DNA from: Podarcis melisellensis
Taxonomy: Eukaryota
Direction: 5' to 3' (one strand)
DNA: 64,000 nucleotides
Assembly: GCA_964234715.1 (NCBI GenBank)
Contig: OZ174278.1
The stretch's first letter is position 1. Each line of letters starts with the position of its first letter. The position numbers and the translations under genes are program-made. Shown one piece after another: positions 52,550 through 64,000 of this stretch. The notes beneath the pieces were generated by a model, which worked only from the letters and a program-made list of their open reading frames with translations, did not search any database and was not told where the DNA came from.

Positions 52550-52920
52550 TGGGTTGCCAGGTCCCGGGGCAGGCAAGCCGCCACCACCACCACCAGAGCG
52601 TCCCCCCCAACCAGAGATAAGTGGGGCTGCGCTGCGCTCCCTGCCCACAGAGAGGGAAACCTGACTGGCTGGCACAGCTCTTGGCAGGTGAATCCCCCCA
52701 ACGTTCGTGGAAAGGAGTGCCAGGCCAGGATGGGGTCACCCCTTGGCGGCTTCCCTCTGCTGGTGCCCACTCACTGTGGGCCTGGGCTGTTCTGCCCCCT
52801 TCACTGGGGCAGGATGGGGATCCCCACACAAGCTGGCACCTGCAGAGGGTCACCTGGTTGCGCCCCCTCATAATTTTGTGCCCAGGGCCCCCTTCCCACC
52901 CCCGCAGGCTACACCACTGG
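52550..52920. mobile_element. GC-rich DNA-transposon MITE remnant (hAT or Harbinger-like)
   Basis: GC-rich block ending 'ggctacaccactg', which resembles a CAGTGGCGTAGC-type TIR; left end unclear. Confidence 0.4.
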
Positions 52921-53088
52921 TAGCAACAATGACTAGCAATACCACCCCTCTAATCCTCATCTTGCTAAGACTGTAAAGTGTGACTTGAAGGAATTGGCCC
53001 TCCTCCCTGATCTATGTATGGAAAGAATGATACTGCCCTGCCTTATATGCCTTTAGTAAATGGAATAGAAGACTCAGGTGGAATCTTT

Positions 53089-56067
53089 CAGGAGATTACT
53101 AAAAAGGATCAAAAAGCTTTGAAGGACTATTTTGAGATAAATTTGAACACCATGGTGGAAAAAAGAGTCATCTGGGATGCAAGTAAAGCGGTTATGAGGG
53201 GGTTTCTGATACAACAGAACACTATAAAGAAAAGAGCACAGAATGAGAAAAAAGATAAGATTCTGGAGAAAATTAAAGAATGTGAGAAGAAGTTAAGAAC
53301 GAGACCGAAGTCACAGGAGATCCTGAGAGAAATTAAACTTTATCAAGCACAATACTCCAAATTGATAAATCAGGAAGTGGAGTGGAAAGTTAAGTTAATG
53401 AAACAAAGATCATTTGAATCGGCAAACAAATGTGGAAAACTGTTAGCATGGCAGTTGAAAAAGAGACAAAAATTAAATACGGTTACAAATCTAGAGATTG
53501 AAGGAAGAAATATTCAGAATCCTGTGGAGATCAGAAAGTGCTTTCAGAGATATTTCAAACAATTATATACTCAAGGGCCATAAAATGAGGTTGAGATAGA
53601 ACAATTTTTGATAAGGAATGGACTACCAAAGTTGTCTCAAGAAAATAGGACAATCCTGAATTATAAAATAACACAACAAGAGATTGAAGAAGCCATTCAG
53701 AATATGCAATTGGGCAAATCTCCAGGGCCAGATGGGCTTACCTCCAAATATTATAAGACATTGAAAGATTATTTGATACATCCATTAACGGAGGTTTGCA
53801 ACGAAATTATGGAGGGGAAGAAGGCACCGGAATCGTGGAAAGAAGCTTTCATCACATTGATACCTAAATCAGAAACTGAAAAGACACAACTTAAGAACTA
53901 CCGTCCCATCTCCCTTCTAAATGTGGATTACAAAATCTTTGCTGACATTTTAGCAAGTAGATTCAAAAAAGTTTTAAACAAAGTGATCCACAAGGATCAG
54001 GCAGGCTTTCTCCCAGGTAGACATCTGTTTGCTAACACAAGGAACATTATTGACATTTTGGAACTTTTGCAAACAAATATTAATACAAGAGCAGTGTTAA
54101 TATTTATAGATGTGGAGAAGGCCTTTGACAACATCTCATGGAAGTTCATGAAGAAAAATCTTGAAGGGATGGGAGTGGGACGGGGATTTGAAAATGGGAT
54201 AGACGCAATCTATTCAGAACAAAGGGCTAAACTGATAGTTAACAATGTGGTGACAGAAGAGTTTAAAATTGAAAAAGGAACACGACAAGGTTGCCCTATT
54301 TCCCCTTTGTTATTCATTTCGGTCCTGGAGGTGCTCTTGAATATGATTAGAGGGGACCGGTTGCTTGAAGGAATTCAGGTCGGAGTGAAACAGTATAAAC
54401 TTAAAGCTTTTGCAGATGACCTAGTTTTGACCTTACAAGAGCCAGAATCTAGTACGAAAAGGGCATTACAATTGATTCATGAGTTTGGTCGGGTGGCGGG
54501 ATTTAAGTTAAACAAACAAAAAACTAAGGTATTGGAAAAAAACTTGACATCTTCAGAATCAGAAAGGTTTCAGAAAGAGACGGAGTTAAAAGTGGTTAAA
54601 AAAGTAAAATACCTAGGGGTAAGCGTAACAGCCAAGAATCTAAATTTATTTAAGGATAATTATGAAAAGTGTTGGTCAGAAATTAAAAGGGATCTAGAAA
54701 GTTGGTCAAGATTGAAACTTTCCTTGTTGGGCCGAATTGCTGTTATAAAGATGAATGTATTGCCAAAGATGCTGTTTTTGTTTCAAATTTTACAGATTGT
54801 GGATAAAATGGAGTGTTTCGGGAGGTGGCAAAGAGGTATCTCTAAATTTGTCTGGCAGGGCAAAAAGCCCAGAATTAAGTTTAAAATTTTAACTGATGCA
54901 AAAGAAAGAGGGGGGTTTGCCCTGCCGGACTTAAGGTTGTATTATGAATCAGCAGCTTTCTGCTGGTTGAAAGATTGGCTGCTTCTCGAAAACACTGATG
55001 TTTTAGATTTGGAAGGATTTAATAACACGTTTGGATGGCATGCATATCTGTGGTATGACAAGGTTAAAACTCATAAGACTTTCAAGAACCATATTGTTAG
55101 GAAAGCAGTGTTTAATGTCTGGACAAAATATAAAGACTTATTAGAAAACAAGACCCCAAGGTGGTTGTCGCCTATGGAAGCTAAGGCTCTGAAAAGACCC
55201 AATATGGAGGCCAAATGGCCGAAGTATTGGGAAATACTAGAAAAGGATGGAGATAATTGGAGGTTGCAGAGTATGGAGAAATTAAAAGACAAAGTGCGAG
55301 ATTGGCTATATTATGCTCAGATTAAAGAGGTTTTTAAATTGGATAAAAAGATAGGATTCCAGGTGGAAAAATCGAAGTTGGAAATAGAACTGTTAAAACC
55401 TAAGATTAAGGTACTTTCAAGAATGTACAACTTGCTGTTAAAATGGAACACACAGGATGAAATGGTTAAATCAGCTATGATAAAATGGGCACAGGATATT
55501 GGGTACAATATTATGTTTGCTGACTGGGAAAGGTTATGGACCACCGGTATGAAGTTCACGGCATGCAATGCCTTGAAAGAGAACATTATGAAAATGATAT
55601 ATAGGTGGTACATGACCCCAGTCAAGCTTGCAAAAATATATCACCTGTCTGATAATAAGTGTTGGAAATGTAAGGAAACTGAAGGAACGTTCTTTCACCT
55701 CTGGTGGACTTGCCCCAGGGTTAAGGCTTTCTGGGAAATGATATATAATGAGCTGAAAAAGGTATTTAAGTATACCTTCACTAAGAAACCAGAGGCCTTT
55801 CTTTTGGGCATTGTTGGCCAGAGGGTGTTAAAGAAGGACCAAACATTTTTTATGTATGCAACAACAGCAGCAAGGATACTCGTTGCCAAATACTGGAAAA
55901 CTCAAGATTTGCCAACGCTGGAAGAATGGCAGATGCAACTGATGGACTATATGGAACTAGCAGAAATGACCGGCAGAATCCGAGACCTGGGAGAGGAAGC
56001 AGTGGAAGAGGACTGGAAGAAATTTAAGGACTATTTACAAAAACATTGTAAATTGTATGAGCGCTAA
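53089..56067 (+). pseudogene. L1 ORF2 (RT plus C-terminal CCHC zinc knuckle; endonuclease lost), one premature stop
   Basis: The two track ORFs share a frame and are split only by TAA at 53581-53583; motifs KSPGPDG, YRPISLLNVDYK, GTRQGCPISP, FADD, CWKC..GTFFHLWWTC. Confidence 0.93.
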
Positions 56068-56452
56068 GAAGGGTGCGAGACTGAAAATATCATGGCGCCA
56101 TTAAGCTAGTGGAAAAGAATTTGAGAATGAGTGAAGTTTAAGAGAAAGATAAATTTTGAATAAATATCATGCTTAAATTAGGGATTTAAGACTTAGATAA
56201 AAGTATTCAAAGTTAGGGACACAATATTGGAAATTTATAGAATAAGAATTGAAACAAGGTGATAAATTGCTGGTTAAAATTGTATAAATTTGGCACGCAG
56301 GAGCGAGAGATGTGAGGAAGTCCAAAAAGGTGAAGAAAATATGGTTACTAAAAGATGATAATTCTATTTTATTTTTTCCTGTTCTGTTTTCTGTTTTTTC
56401 TGTTATCTTTTCTATTGTATTTATAAAATCTTCAATTTTTTTTTTTTTAAAA
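53089..56452 (+). mobile_element. L1 LINE, 5'-truncated, young
   Basis: Perfect 22-bp TSD agaagactcaggtggaatcttt (53067-53088, 56453-56474); ORF2 plus 3' UTR. Confidence 0.95.
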
Positions 56453-56474
56453 AGAAGACTCAGGTGGAATCTTT

Positions 56475-56936
56475 GTTGTTGTTGTTTAGCTGTTTAGTCG
56501 TGTCTGACTCTCTGTGAGGGCCAGAGCATGCCAGGCCCTCCTGTCTTCCACTGCCTCCTGCAGTTTGGTCAAACTAATGTTGGTAGCTTCGGGAACATTG
56601 TTCAACCATCTCATCCTCTGTCGTCCCCTTCTCCCTGTGCCCTCCATCTTTCCCAACATCAGGGTCTTTTCCAGGGAGTCTTCTCTTCTCATGAGGTGAC
56701 CAAAGTCTTGGAGCCTCAGCTTCAGGATCTGTCCTTCCAGTGAGCACTCAGGGCTGATTTCCTTAAGAATGGATAGGTTTGATCTTCTTGTAGTCCATGG
56801 GACTCTCAAGAGTCTCCTCCAGCACCATAATTCAAAAGCATCAATTCTTCGGCGATCAGCCTTCTTTACGGTCCAGCTCTCACTTCCATACATCACTACT
56901 GGGAAAACCATAGCTTTCACTATACAGACCTTTGTC
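56475..56936 (-). mobile_element. BovB (RTE) LINE, 3' part
   Basis: (CAA)n tail; 'VKAMVFPVVMYGSESWTVKKADRRRIDAFELWCWRRLLRVPWT...FGHLMRREDSLEKTLMLGK'. Confidence 0.95.
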
Positions 56937-58511
56937 TGGGAGTAGGGCCCCAGCCAACACGATGGCTGGGACAAGTTCCACAGTGGGGGAAGCACTGGGA
57001 CATCCGATCTCGGTGATCATGGGCAGCAGAAGGAGTTACGCTAAGACCAGACCATGTCATTACTGAGGAGGCAGGTTTAGTCGTTTTTTGAGGACCATCC
57101 CTGCCTCCGGGTCTGGCCTTGACCGGATGGATACTGGAATCAACAGGGGACACCCACATGACCTGAATGTGTTGCTGTGTAATGCCAGGTCAATTATGAA
57201 TAAAACCACTGCCATCCACGACCTGATTGTGGATGGAGGATTTGACCTGGCATGTGTGACAGAGACCTGGTTGGAGAAAGCAGATGGGTCTGTCCTTGCC
57301 GCTGCTTGCCCACCAGGTTTCTCTTACGCACAGCAACCCAGGTCATGTGGGCGGGGAGGGGGGGCTGCAGTTATTTTTAGGAAGTCATTAGCTTGCATCA
57401 GGCGTCCTACTGGGAAGACCCAGTTTTCTGAGTGCATGTTCTGGAAGTTGGGCAATAGTACAGGATTCCTTTTGGTGTACCGACCTCCCCGCTGCACCAA
57501 GGATTCCCTGTCCAAGCTGCTTCAGGTCGTGCCGTATGTTCTCCTGGAGACACCTAGTTTGGTTGTCCTAGGGGATTTTAACATCCACGCCGACACGACC
57601 TTACAAGGGGCCGCTCGGGACTTTGTGGAAAGCATGGCCTCCATGGGGCTGTCCCTGAATAAGTTGGCCCCAACTCATAGTCATGGACATGCCTTAGACC
57701 TGGTATTCACCTCTAGTGACATGGGTGATCTGACACTAAGTAAAAGTGAAACAAAAGAAGTGCCATGGTCAGATCACTTCCTGGTGCAACTGGACTTCTC
57801 TGCGACCCTTCCCCTCTGCAGGGAGGTGGGACCGATTTGGATGGTCTGCCCTGCCACTTAATTGATCCAAATGGTTTCCAGAGAGTGGTAGGGGATGCTT
57901 TATCCCATTGTTGATGGCCTTTCAGCTGATTCCTTGGTGGCCCGCTGGAATGCGGAGTTAACCAGTGCTATCGACTGTCTGGCTCCGAAGCGCCCTCTCT
58001 GATTGCATGGAGCCCGGACAGCCCCGTGGTTTTCTTTGGAGCTGAGGGCGATGAAACAATCGCTGAGACGGCTAGAGCGTCAGTGGCAGAAAACTCACTC
58101 CGAATCTGACCGGACACAGTTTAAAGCTCAACGTCGAGCCTACCAAGTGGCGATAGCGACGGCGAATAAGACTTTCTTCACCGCCTCTATGGCATCTGCA
58201 GGAGACTCTTTCAGGTGGTTCGCAATCTAATGGAACCACCTTTACCACCGAGGCCTTGTAAAGACCCCAAGATCTCCTGCAACAAATTTGCAAAGTTTTT
58301 TTTGCAGATAAAATCACTCATATTTGGAAGGAGCTAGACACCATCATGGGAGCAGGGCTGGGACGGGAAAGTGCTAGAGCCCTGTCTGGTCAAGTTGCAT
58401 GGAATCAATTTCAGTCCGTTACCCCCAAGGATGTGGACAGGCTGCTTGGACGCGTGAAACCAACCACCTGTCTCCTTGATCCTTGCCCATCCTGGCTAAT
58501 AAAAGCAAGTC
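56937..58511 (+). mobile_element. L2-clade LINE internal fragment (APE endonuclease plus linker), nested in BovB
   Basis: 'LLCNARSIMNK..ACVTETWL..YRPP..LGDFNIH..LDLVF..WSDH', then 'APWF' and 'TTCLLDPCPSWL'; stops before the RT domain. Confidence 0.88.
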
Positions 58512-58843
58512 GGCAAGGTGATGTCTCTGCTTTTTAAGATGCTGTTTAGGTTTGTCATTGCTTTTCTCCCAAAAAGCAGGCGTCTTTTACTTTCGTGACT
58601 GCTGTCACCATCTGCAGTGATCATGGAGCCCAAGAAAGTAAAATCTCTCACTGCCTCCATTTCTTCCCCTTCTGTTTGCCAGGAGGTGATGGGACCATTT
58701 TTTTGATGTTGAGCTTCAGACCATATTTTGCACTCTCCTCTTTCACCCTCATTAAGAGGTTCTTTAAGTCCTCCTCACTTTCTGCCATCAAGGTTGTGTC
58801 ATCTGCATATCTGAGGTTGTTGATATTTCTTCCGGCAATCTCA
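58512..58843 (-). mobile_element. BovB LINE, upstream part (RT region), 5'-truncated
   Basis: Resumes 'ggcaaggtgatgtctctgc' where 56936 stopped; minus strand encodes 'IAGRNINNLRYADDTTLMAESEEDLK'. Confidence 0.92.
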
Positions 58844-61800
58844 ATATGGAATCTACAGACATATAAAAAATGCTGTGAAAATGCTTTTTAAAATATCTTT
58901 TAAAGAATATATTGATTTTGCCATAACCCACCATTGCCATCGAGTGTCACATTTGTATATTGAACTTTAGAACACACATAATTTTTATTTTATATGCAGC
59001 TGTATAGCTGAATCCTCATTTCCACTTACCCTACTGTTGATTTATTCTGCAACAGTCCCCCCTGCACTGGCTTCTAAAGCAGGTGCATTCATAACTGGCC
59101 ATAAAGACTTTCTTTTTAAGAACTTTTATCCCACAGTAAATCAGTATACCAAGTGCTCTTCATGGCTTCCTCCTCCAGCACTGACTACCTTGGTCATTCT
59201 TACTGTAGATTGGCTTAACATGGCAGAACGGGGGGAGGGGGGAGAATGTCTTCACCATGGACAGTTTCATCACAACTGCATTCCAGTTTCTGAGAACATT
59301 CTCTGCACTCTCTTTTAGCCGAGCACCGTACACATAAAATGACATAAAAATTGTCAACCTCAGTTAACTGTTAACAAAGCTTCATCAATGAATAGTTTCA
59401 TAAATACTTAGCTCTCATCTAACTATGAAAGTTTCTGCCTATTTATGTAGCAATGAGAACAGTGTTTTCATGCACACACAACAGCAGATATTCCTCCCCG
59501 AACAGTGGCGTCAACCAACTGTCACTGCACTGTGATTCTACCACGGTGATATTGAATTTTAACAGTTAATTACATCAGGGAATCAGGCGTGACCTCCTTC
59601 CCAAAATGGAATCATATAACTCTTGATTTGGCCTTGATTTGGCCAGAGATTATTCCACATCATCTGTCTTGGTTAGTTTTGGCATCATGATTTCTCAATC
59701 AATAGAGCAAAAGAAACATTTACAAAAGGCAAATACAATGGGAAAAGAGGGGCTGTTTTAGAGTGGGAAGAGGATCTGCAATATTTTAAAATATAAATTA
59801 AGAAATCAATTAAGTTCCATAGATCAGAAGGAATGTCAAATAAAACTGCTAACACATGCTGTCATTGCTGACGTTCAAGGCAGAATGGGATTCTGTGCCT
59901 GTGAGGACTGGAATTGGACCCCATTTCCTATCTTTTGTGGGCATATGGCAACAACAGCTGAACGGCTACAACCTGCTGATTTTGGACTGCTGTGCGCAAG
60001 GAGGTAGAACAAAATGCCAATGTCCTTTTTTCTGTATACATGACAGACAGCATAGAGGGATGCAAAGTAGATTTCATTTAAAAAAAAAAACCAGCTCACA
60101 CTCACAAATACATTTCAGCAACATAATATATGTCTGATGGTTGTCAGAGGGCTCATATTAGCCATCAGTCTGAGCAAAACAGATGGCTGTGACTCCAGAA
60201 GCTTATTCCTGTAAATCTGCTGGAATTACTGCAACTCAGACCCTGTGGTGTTCTGTGGCAGCGAAAGGGACTTTGTGTGCTTGTCAAGTGGAACAGACCC
60301 AGGAAACCCCAGGACAACAGGAACGTGGCCAGAAATCTGTGTGAGATGGAATGGACCAGAACCTCACAGATGCCACTGCTGATAGATGTGTTCCTTAGGA
60401 GGCATGCCAGGCAAAGCCTGACATGCGCTGAAGATCTTCCAAAGATGCGTTAAGCTTTGTTTGCTCTGAGGGCTCTGGAGTCCAACTCATGCTGGATGCC
60501 TCTGATATACAGGTGTCTCCAGGACATTCTAGGCCTTAACTCACAGAAATGATTGCAGACTCCATTCCAAACTGCAGAAATCTATCTCTGACTCTCACTC
60601 CAGCAAAAGAAAAAGAAAGGAAAGTAGAGCTCCCCCTCAACACTCCTTACATGTCTAAGAGATAAGAACACAACTAGTTTATTCCCTTTCCCCCCATATT
60701 TTGCTTCAAAACCATGTGGAAATTCTTTAATTTTTCTGTATGCTTTTGAAATGCTTATCACAACCTGTATCACACAACCCACAAGAACAAGCTATAAAAT
60801 GTTCCCCGATCCTCCCTCTTCATCTCTCCTGGAATATTTTAAGGTTTTTATATCTTCTGAAATGGCAATTCACAGATAGGGTTGCCAACTTTTAAAACAG
60901 CCCTAGCCTTTTGACAGAAACATGCAAGTGCCACTTTTCCGCAATGTAAATTTCATCCCAGGAAAACACGTCACCTGCTCCATGTCTGCTTGTCATGTTG
61001 CTGTAAATGGTGGGTGGTCAGCAAAAAGCACAAGCCTCATCCTCTTACACACTTGGTCAGGACACGTGTTCTTCCAGGCACAGCACATGGAGAAGTGTGG
61101 TCAAGCCCTTAGAGTGGGTGAACATTGATTGCAGGTGGAGCAGGTGGGGGGCAACGTGGCCGTGAGGGACAAAGAAACTGAGGGGGGATTAGATTACTGC
61201 TAGAACCCTTTGCATTGCTGTGCCTTTTAATCTTTGAATCAGTGGATGCTTGGGCAGCAACTGAATTGTTTGCTAGCAGCTCCAACTGAAATAACTTGTA
61301 ATGCTGTTCTAACTATTAAATGCTGTTCTAACTATTAAATTTTTATACGGTGCATTTCCATGCATGCTTCTGGGCCTGCTCCATCAAGGTTCCTACATGG
61401 CTTTATTCAAAAAGTAAAAGATCTTATATGGACAACTGCTCCAAATTTTTAATATCCTTGTTATGTCTGTTAGTCTGTTAATGTGGGCTGGATGTTTATA
61501 ATGAATGCTCCCCCCACCCGTTTTAATGTACAGAATGTGGGTTTTTTGTTTTTCGTATGTTGAGTTGAGTTGCCCTGGTAAGAAAAAGCAATGAATAAAT
61601 ATAATTAATAAGAATGATGATGATGAGATGAGGAAGATAGTCAAATTTGTATAGGAAAGTGTTAGGATAGCTGTTAGGAAATTTAAGATTTTGCCCTCTA
61701 TAGACAAGTATCTGCTGAGCTTTTCCTTTATAGGCAAAGCAAACTAGAAGTGGTTTGCGCCAAGGTGCAGAACTGTGCTTTCCACTTTAGTGAAGCCACC

Positions 61801-63174
61801 AGTGAAGTTGGATGTTCCTCCAAGGGTGATGAATGAGAATGCCAACGGTGATAACAAAGGCATGGCACCATTCGTATGGGCTCCAGGTATCCTTTTTCTA
61901 TGTTCTGCAAGAGGAATGGAAATGGCTGTCGTTTCAGGGTGAGCTGGCTTGTGCCAAGGGGGACATCCTGTCTGTGAAAGTCTTGCTTGGCATTTCAATT
62001 CAAAATATTATAGCTGCTCTCTCCTTACAGATTTTAACAGCTAAATCTGGACAGCTGAATCTGAAGGGTTGCCATATTCCTTTAGTAAAGATGTGGCCTG
62101 TTTAATCTTAGCTGCCACTTAACACTGACCTAATTCCACAGGATTTAATAAATCAGTTTTTGATATCCAGTGTGTAAATGTAGCTGTTCATATTACTAAC
62201 AAGAATGGCACCCTGGAATTTGGTGGATTCTGCTTTGTAGTTCAATGACTATGGCACAAAAAAAGCTCTTTTTCCTCAAGTTTCTAAAAGTTCTGGCCTT
62301 CTATGTAAGACCTTGATTTGAAGATGTATGGATCTGCATGTTCTTTTTTGTTCTTGTTCAGTGATTGTTCCTGACAGGCCTCAGGAAGTATCCATCTATT
62401 TGCAATAGACTTCTAAAAGCGCTGTAACATGCAAGCCTTGAGAATTCTAGCAGGTAAACAGAAAAATAAAAAGGTGACGGTTGTCCATTCATGCTAGCCA
62501 CCACAGTAAACTAAAACAATGTGATTTTTATCTGACGGGAAAGAGAGAAGGAGGGGGGAAGAGAGAAGACTTTCCTTGCCAATGAAAAATTGAACTTCAC
62601 AGTTAAAGTGTGAGATTTTTGAAGTACCACAAATGTGTGCCTGACTACATAAGAGAACACACGCAGTTCTCTCTCGGTTGGCTTTACCTCCCACTGTGCC
62701 TATGGCTTAAAGTTAAGGGGAAAATGGAAACTTTCTGAAAGAAGGAAATGTTAGCCAACAAAAGGAGAGAGGGAGAGAAACCGACTATTTCAGGGCAATA
62801 CAGCAAGTACTTTGTGCACTATGTTCATACAGTCTGAGGTGGTTATATTCACTCCAGACATCAGCACGGTGCCAAGAATACAAACTATAACAGGAATGTT
62901 ACAGAGAACAAGGGTTTCTTTTTGGCTAAGGTTTCATCTACTGTTTGTTTCCTCAATATTCCGCCTAAGAGCACAGCTTTAAAAAAACCTTTGGAACTAG
63001 CAAAGTCTCTGAATCCTTCAGGTCTGCCAAAATTCCAGACAAAATTGAAGTAGCATTTATCTTCTGTCATTTGTGCAAATTCAATTAATGGACCCGGCAA
63101 ACAATAACCATTTCAAGTCAACACTACCTGGGATGCTGCATCAATTAATTTACCTACTTTGTGGTTCCAAAGCA

Positions 63175-63300
63175 ATGTTAGAACCTGGCTGGATCAGACC
63201 AGATCCATTCCCTCTAGCCCTCTGTTTTGAACAGTGACCAGCCAGATCTCTGGAAAACTTGCAAAAGGGATACATGAAAGCAATAGTGTTCCCTGTTGTC
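63175..63300 (-). mobile_element. Old CR1 3' tail
   Basis: 'ctggctggatcagacc..tccat..ctctgttttgaacagtgaccagccagat' resembles reptile CR1 3' ends. Confidence 0.5.
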
Positions 63301-64000
63301 TGTCCCCAGGATCTGTCATATAGACATGGAGATTCAATTTAGGTTCAATTTAGCTCTCCTGCATAATAGTTCCAATACCTTTTATTGCTCAATATTCAAC
63401 CAAACTGCAAATTTCATGGGGGAAAATAGCATTCCATTAAACAGGCGGGGAAATTCCTCAAACCCAATCAATTTCAAGAGTTTATATTTGCATAACTAAT
63501 CTCATTTGCATATGCATTAGGAACTCAGGAAATGAATTTTCTTTGTGACAAAATATCTTATGATGAATCACAAGAGGCCCAGCATATGTAGGCTTGCAAC
63601 TGGAACTATGAGCTTTTGCTCAAACAGAACCTCATGTGGGCGTGATAGAGAAGTTCAGTATATAATTAGTTCATATTCACTTAAAGCATATTAATGGTGA
63701 GCAAGGAGGTAAGGAAAGTAATAATGTGATCAAATCCTTAAAACTATCTGTTGAGGGATAATTTTGTGGAAGAAAACCATGAACACAAATAATTTGCACA
63801 TTTATAAGCCGGTCCTTCTGCTCGTGTTCTAGAGGTAAGACAACTCCTCAGTCAGTGCAAAGCCTGTCTGAGCTGGCATTAGAATAAGACCTGGGGATTA
63901 TCCAAATTGTAATGCACAAAGGAGTTTTGCAGTGGCAAATGTGGGAGAGTTTTGGTGAATAGCTAGCTGTGATGTCAGAGAATGATCAGAGGGATTACAG

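Overview
Eukaryotic, non-coding, repeat-rich DNA from a squamate reptile, most likely a lacertid lizard (inferred from Sauria/Squam1 SINEs, Squam3 SINEs, BovB, CR1, L2 and squamate-type L1). I could not identify any host protein-coding exon, rRNA or tRNA gene, so the window reads as a long intron or intergenic region. It contains two N-gaps. All recognisable coding sequence is transposon-derived: an internally deleted Gypsy/Mag-like LTR element (16072-18363), a Penelope-like GIY-YIG fragment arranged as a 454-bp inverted repeat with two minimal hammerhead ribozymes (21541-22775), a young 5'-truncated L1 (53089-56452), and a BovB interrupted by an internal L2 endonuclease fragment (56475-58843). 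The most unusual signal is a non-coding 753-bp-period unit at 12235-13117, bounded by 130-bp direct repeats, that carries a TATA-like box and a type I hammerhead ribozyme core on the minus strand (retrozyme-like or non-autonomous Penelope-like candidate). Other notable items are a perfect 54-bp AT-rich palindrome, recurrent hAT MITE insertion into CR1 tails, and a nested L1/BovB/L2 cluster. Family names come from recognising motifs by eye, not from database searches. Boundaries without TSDs are approximate.
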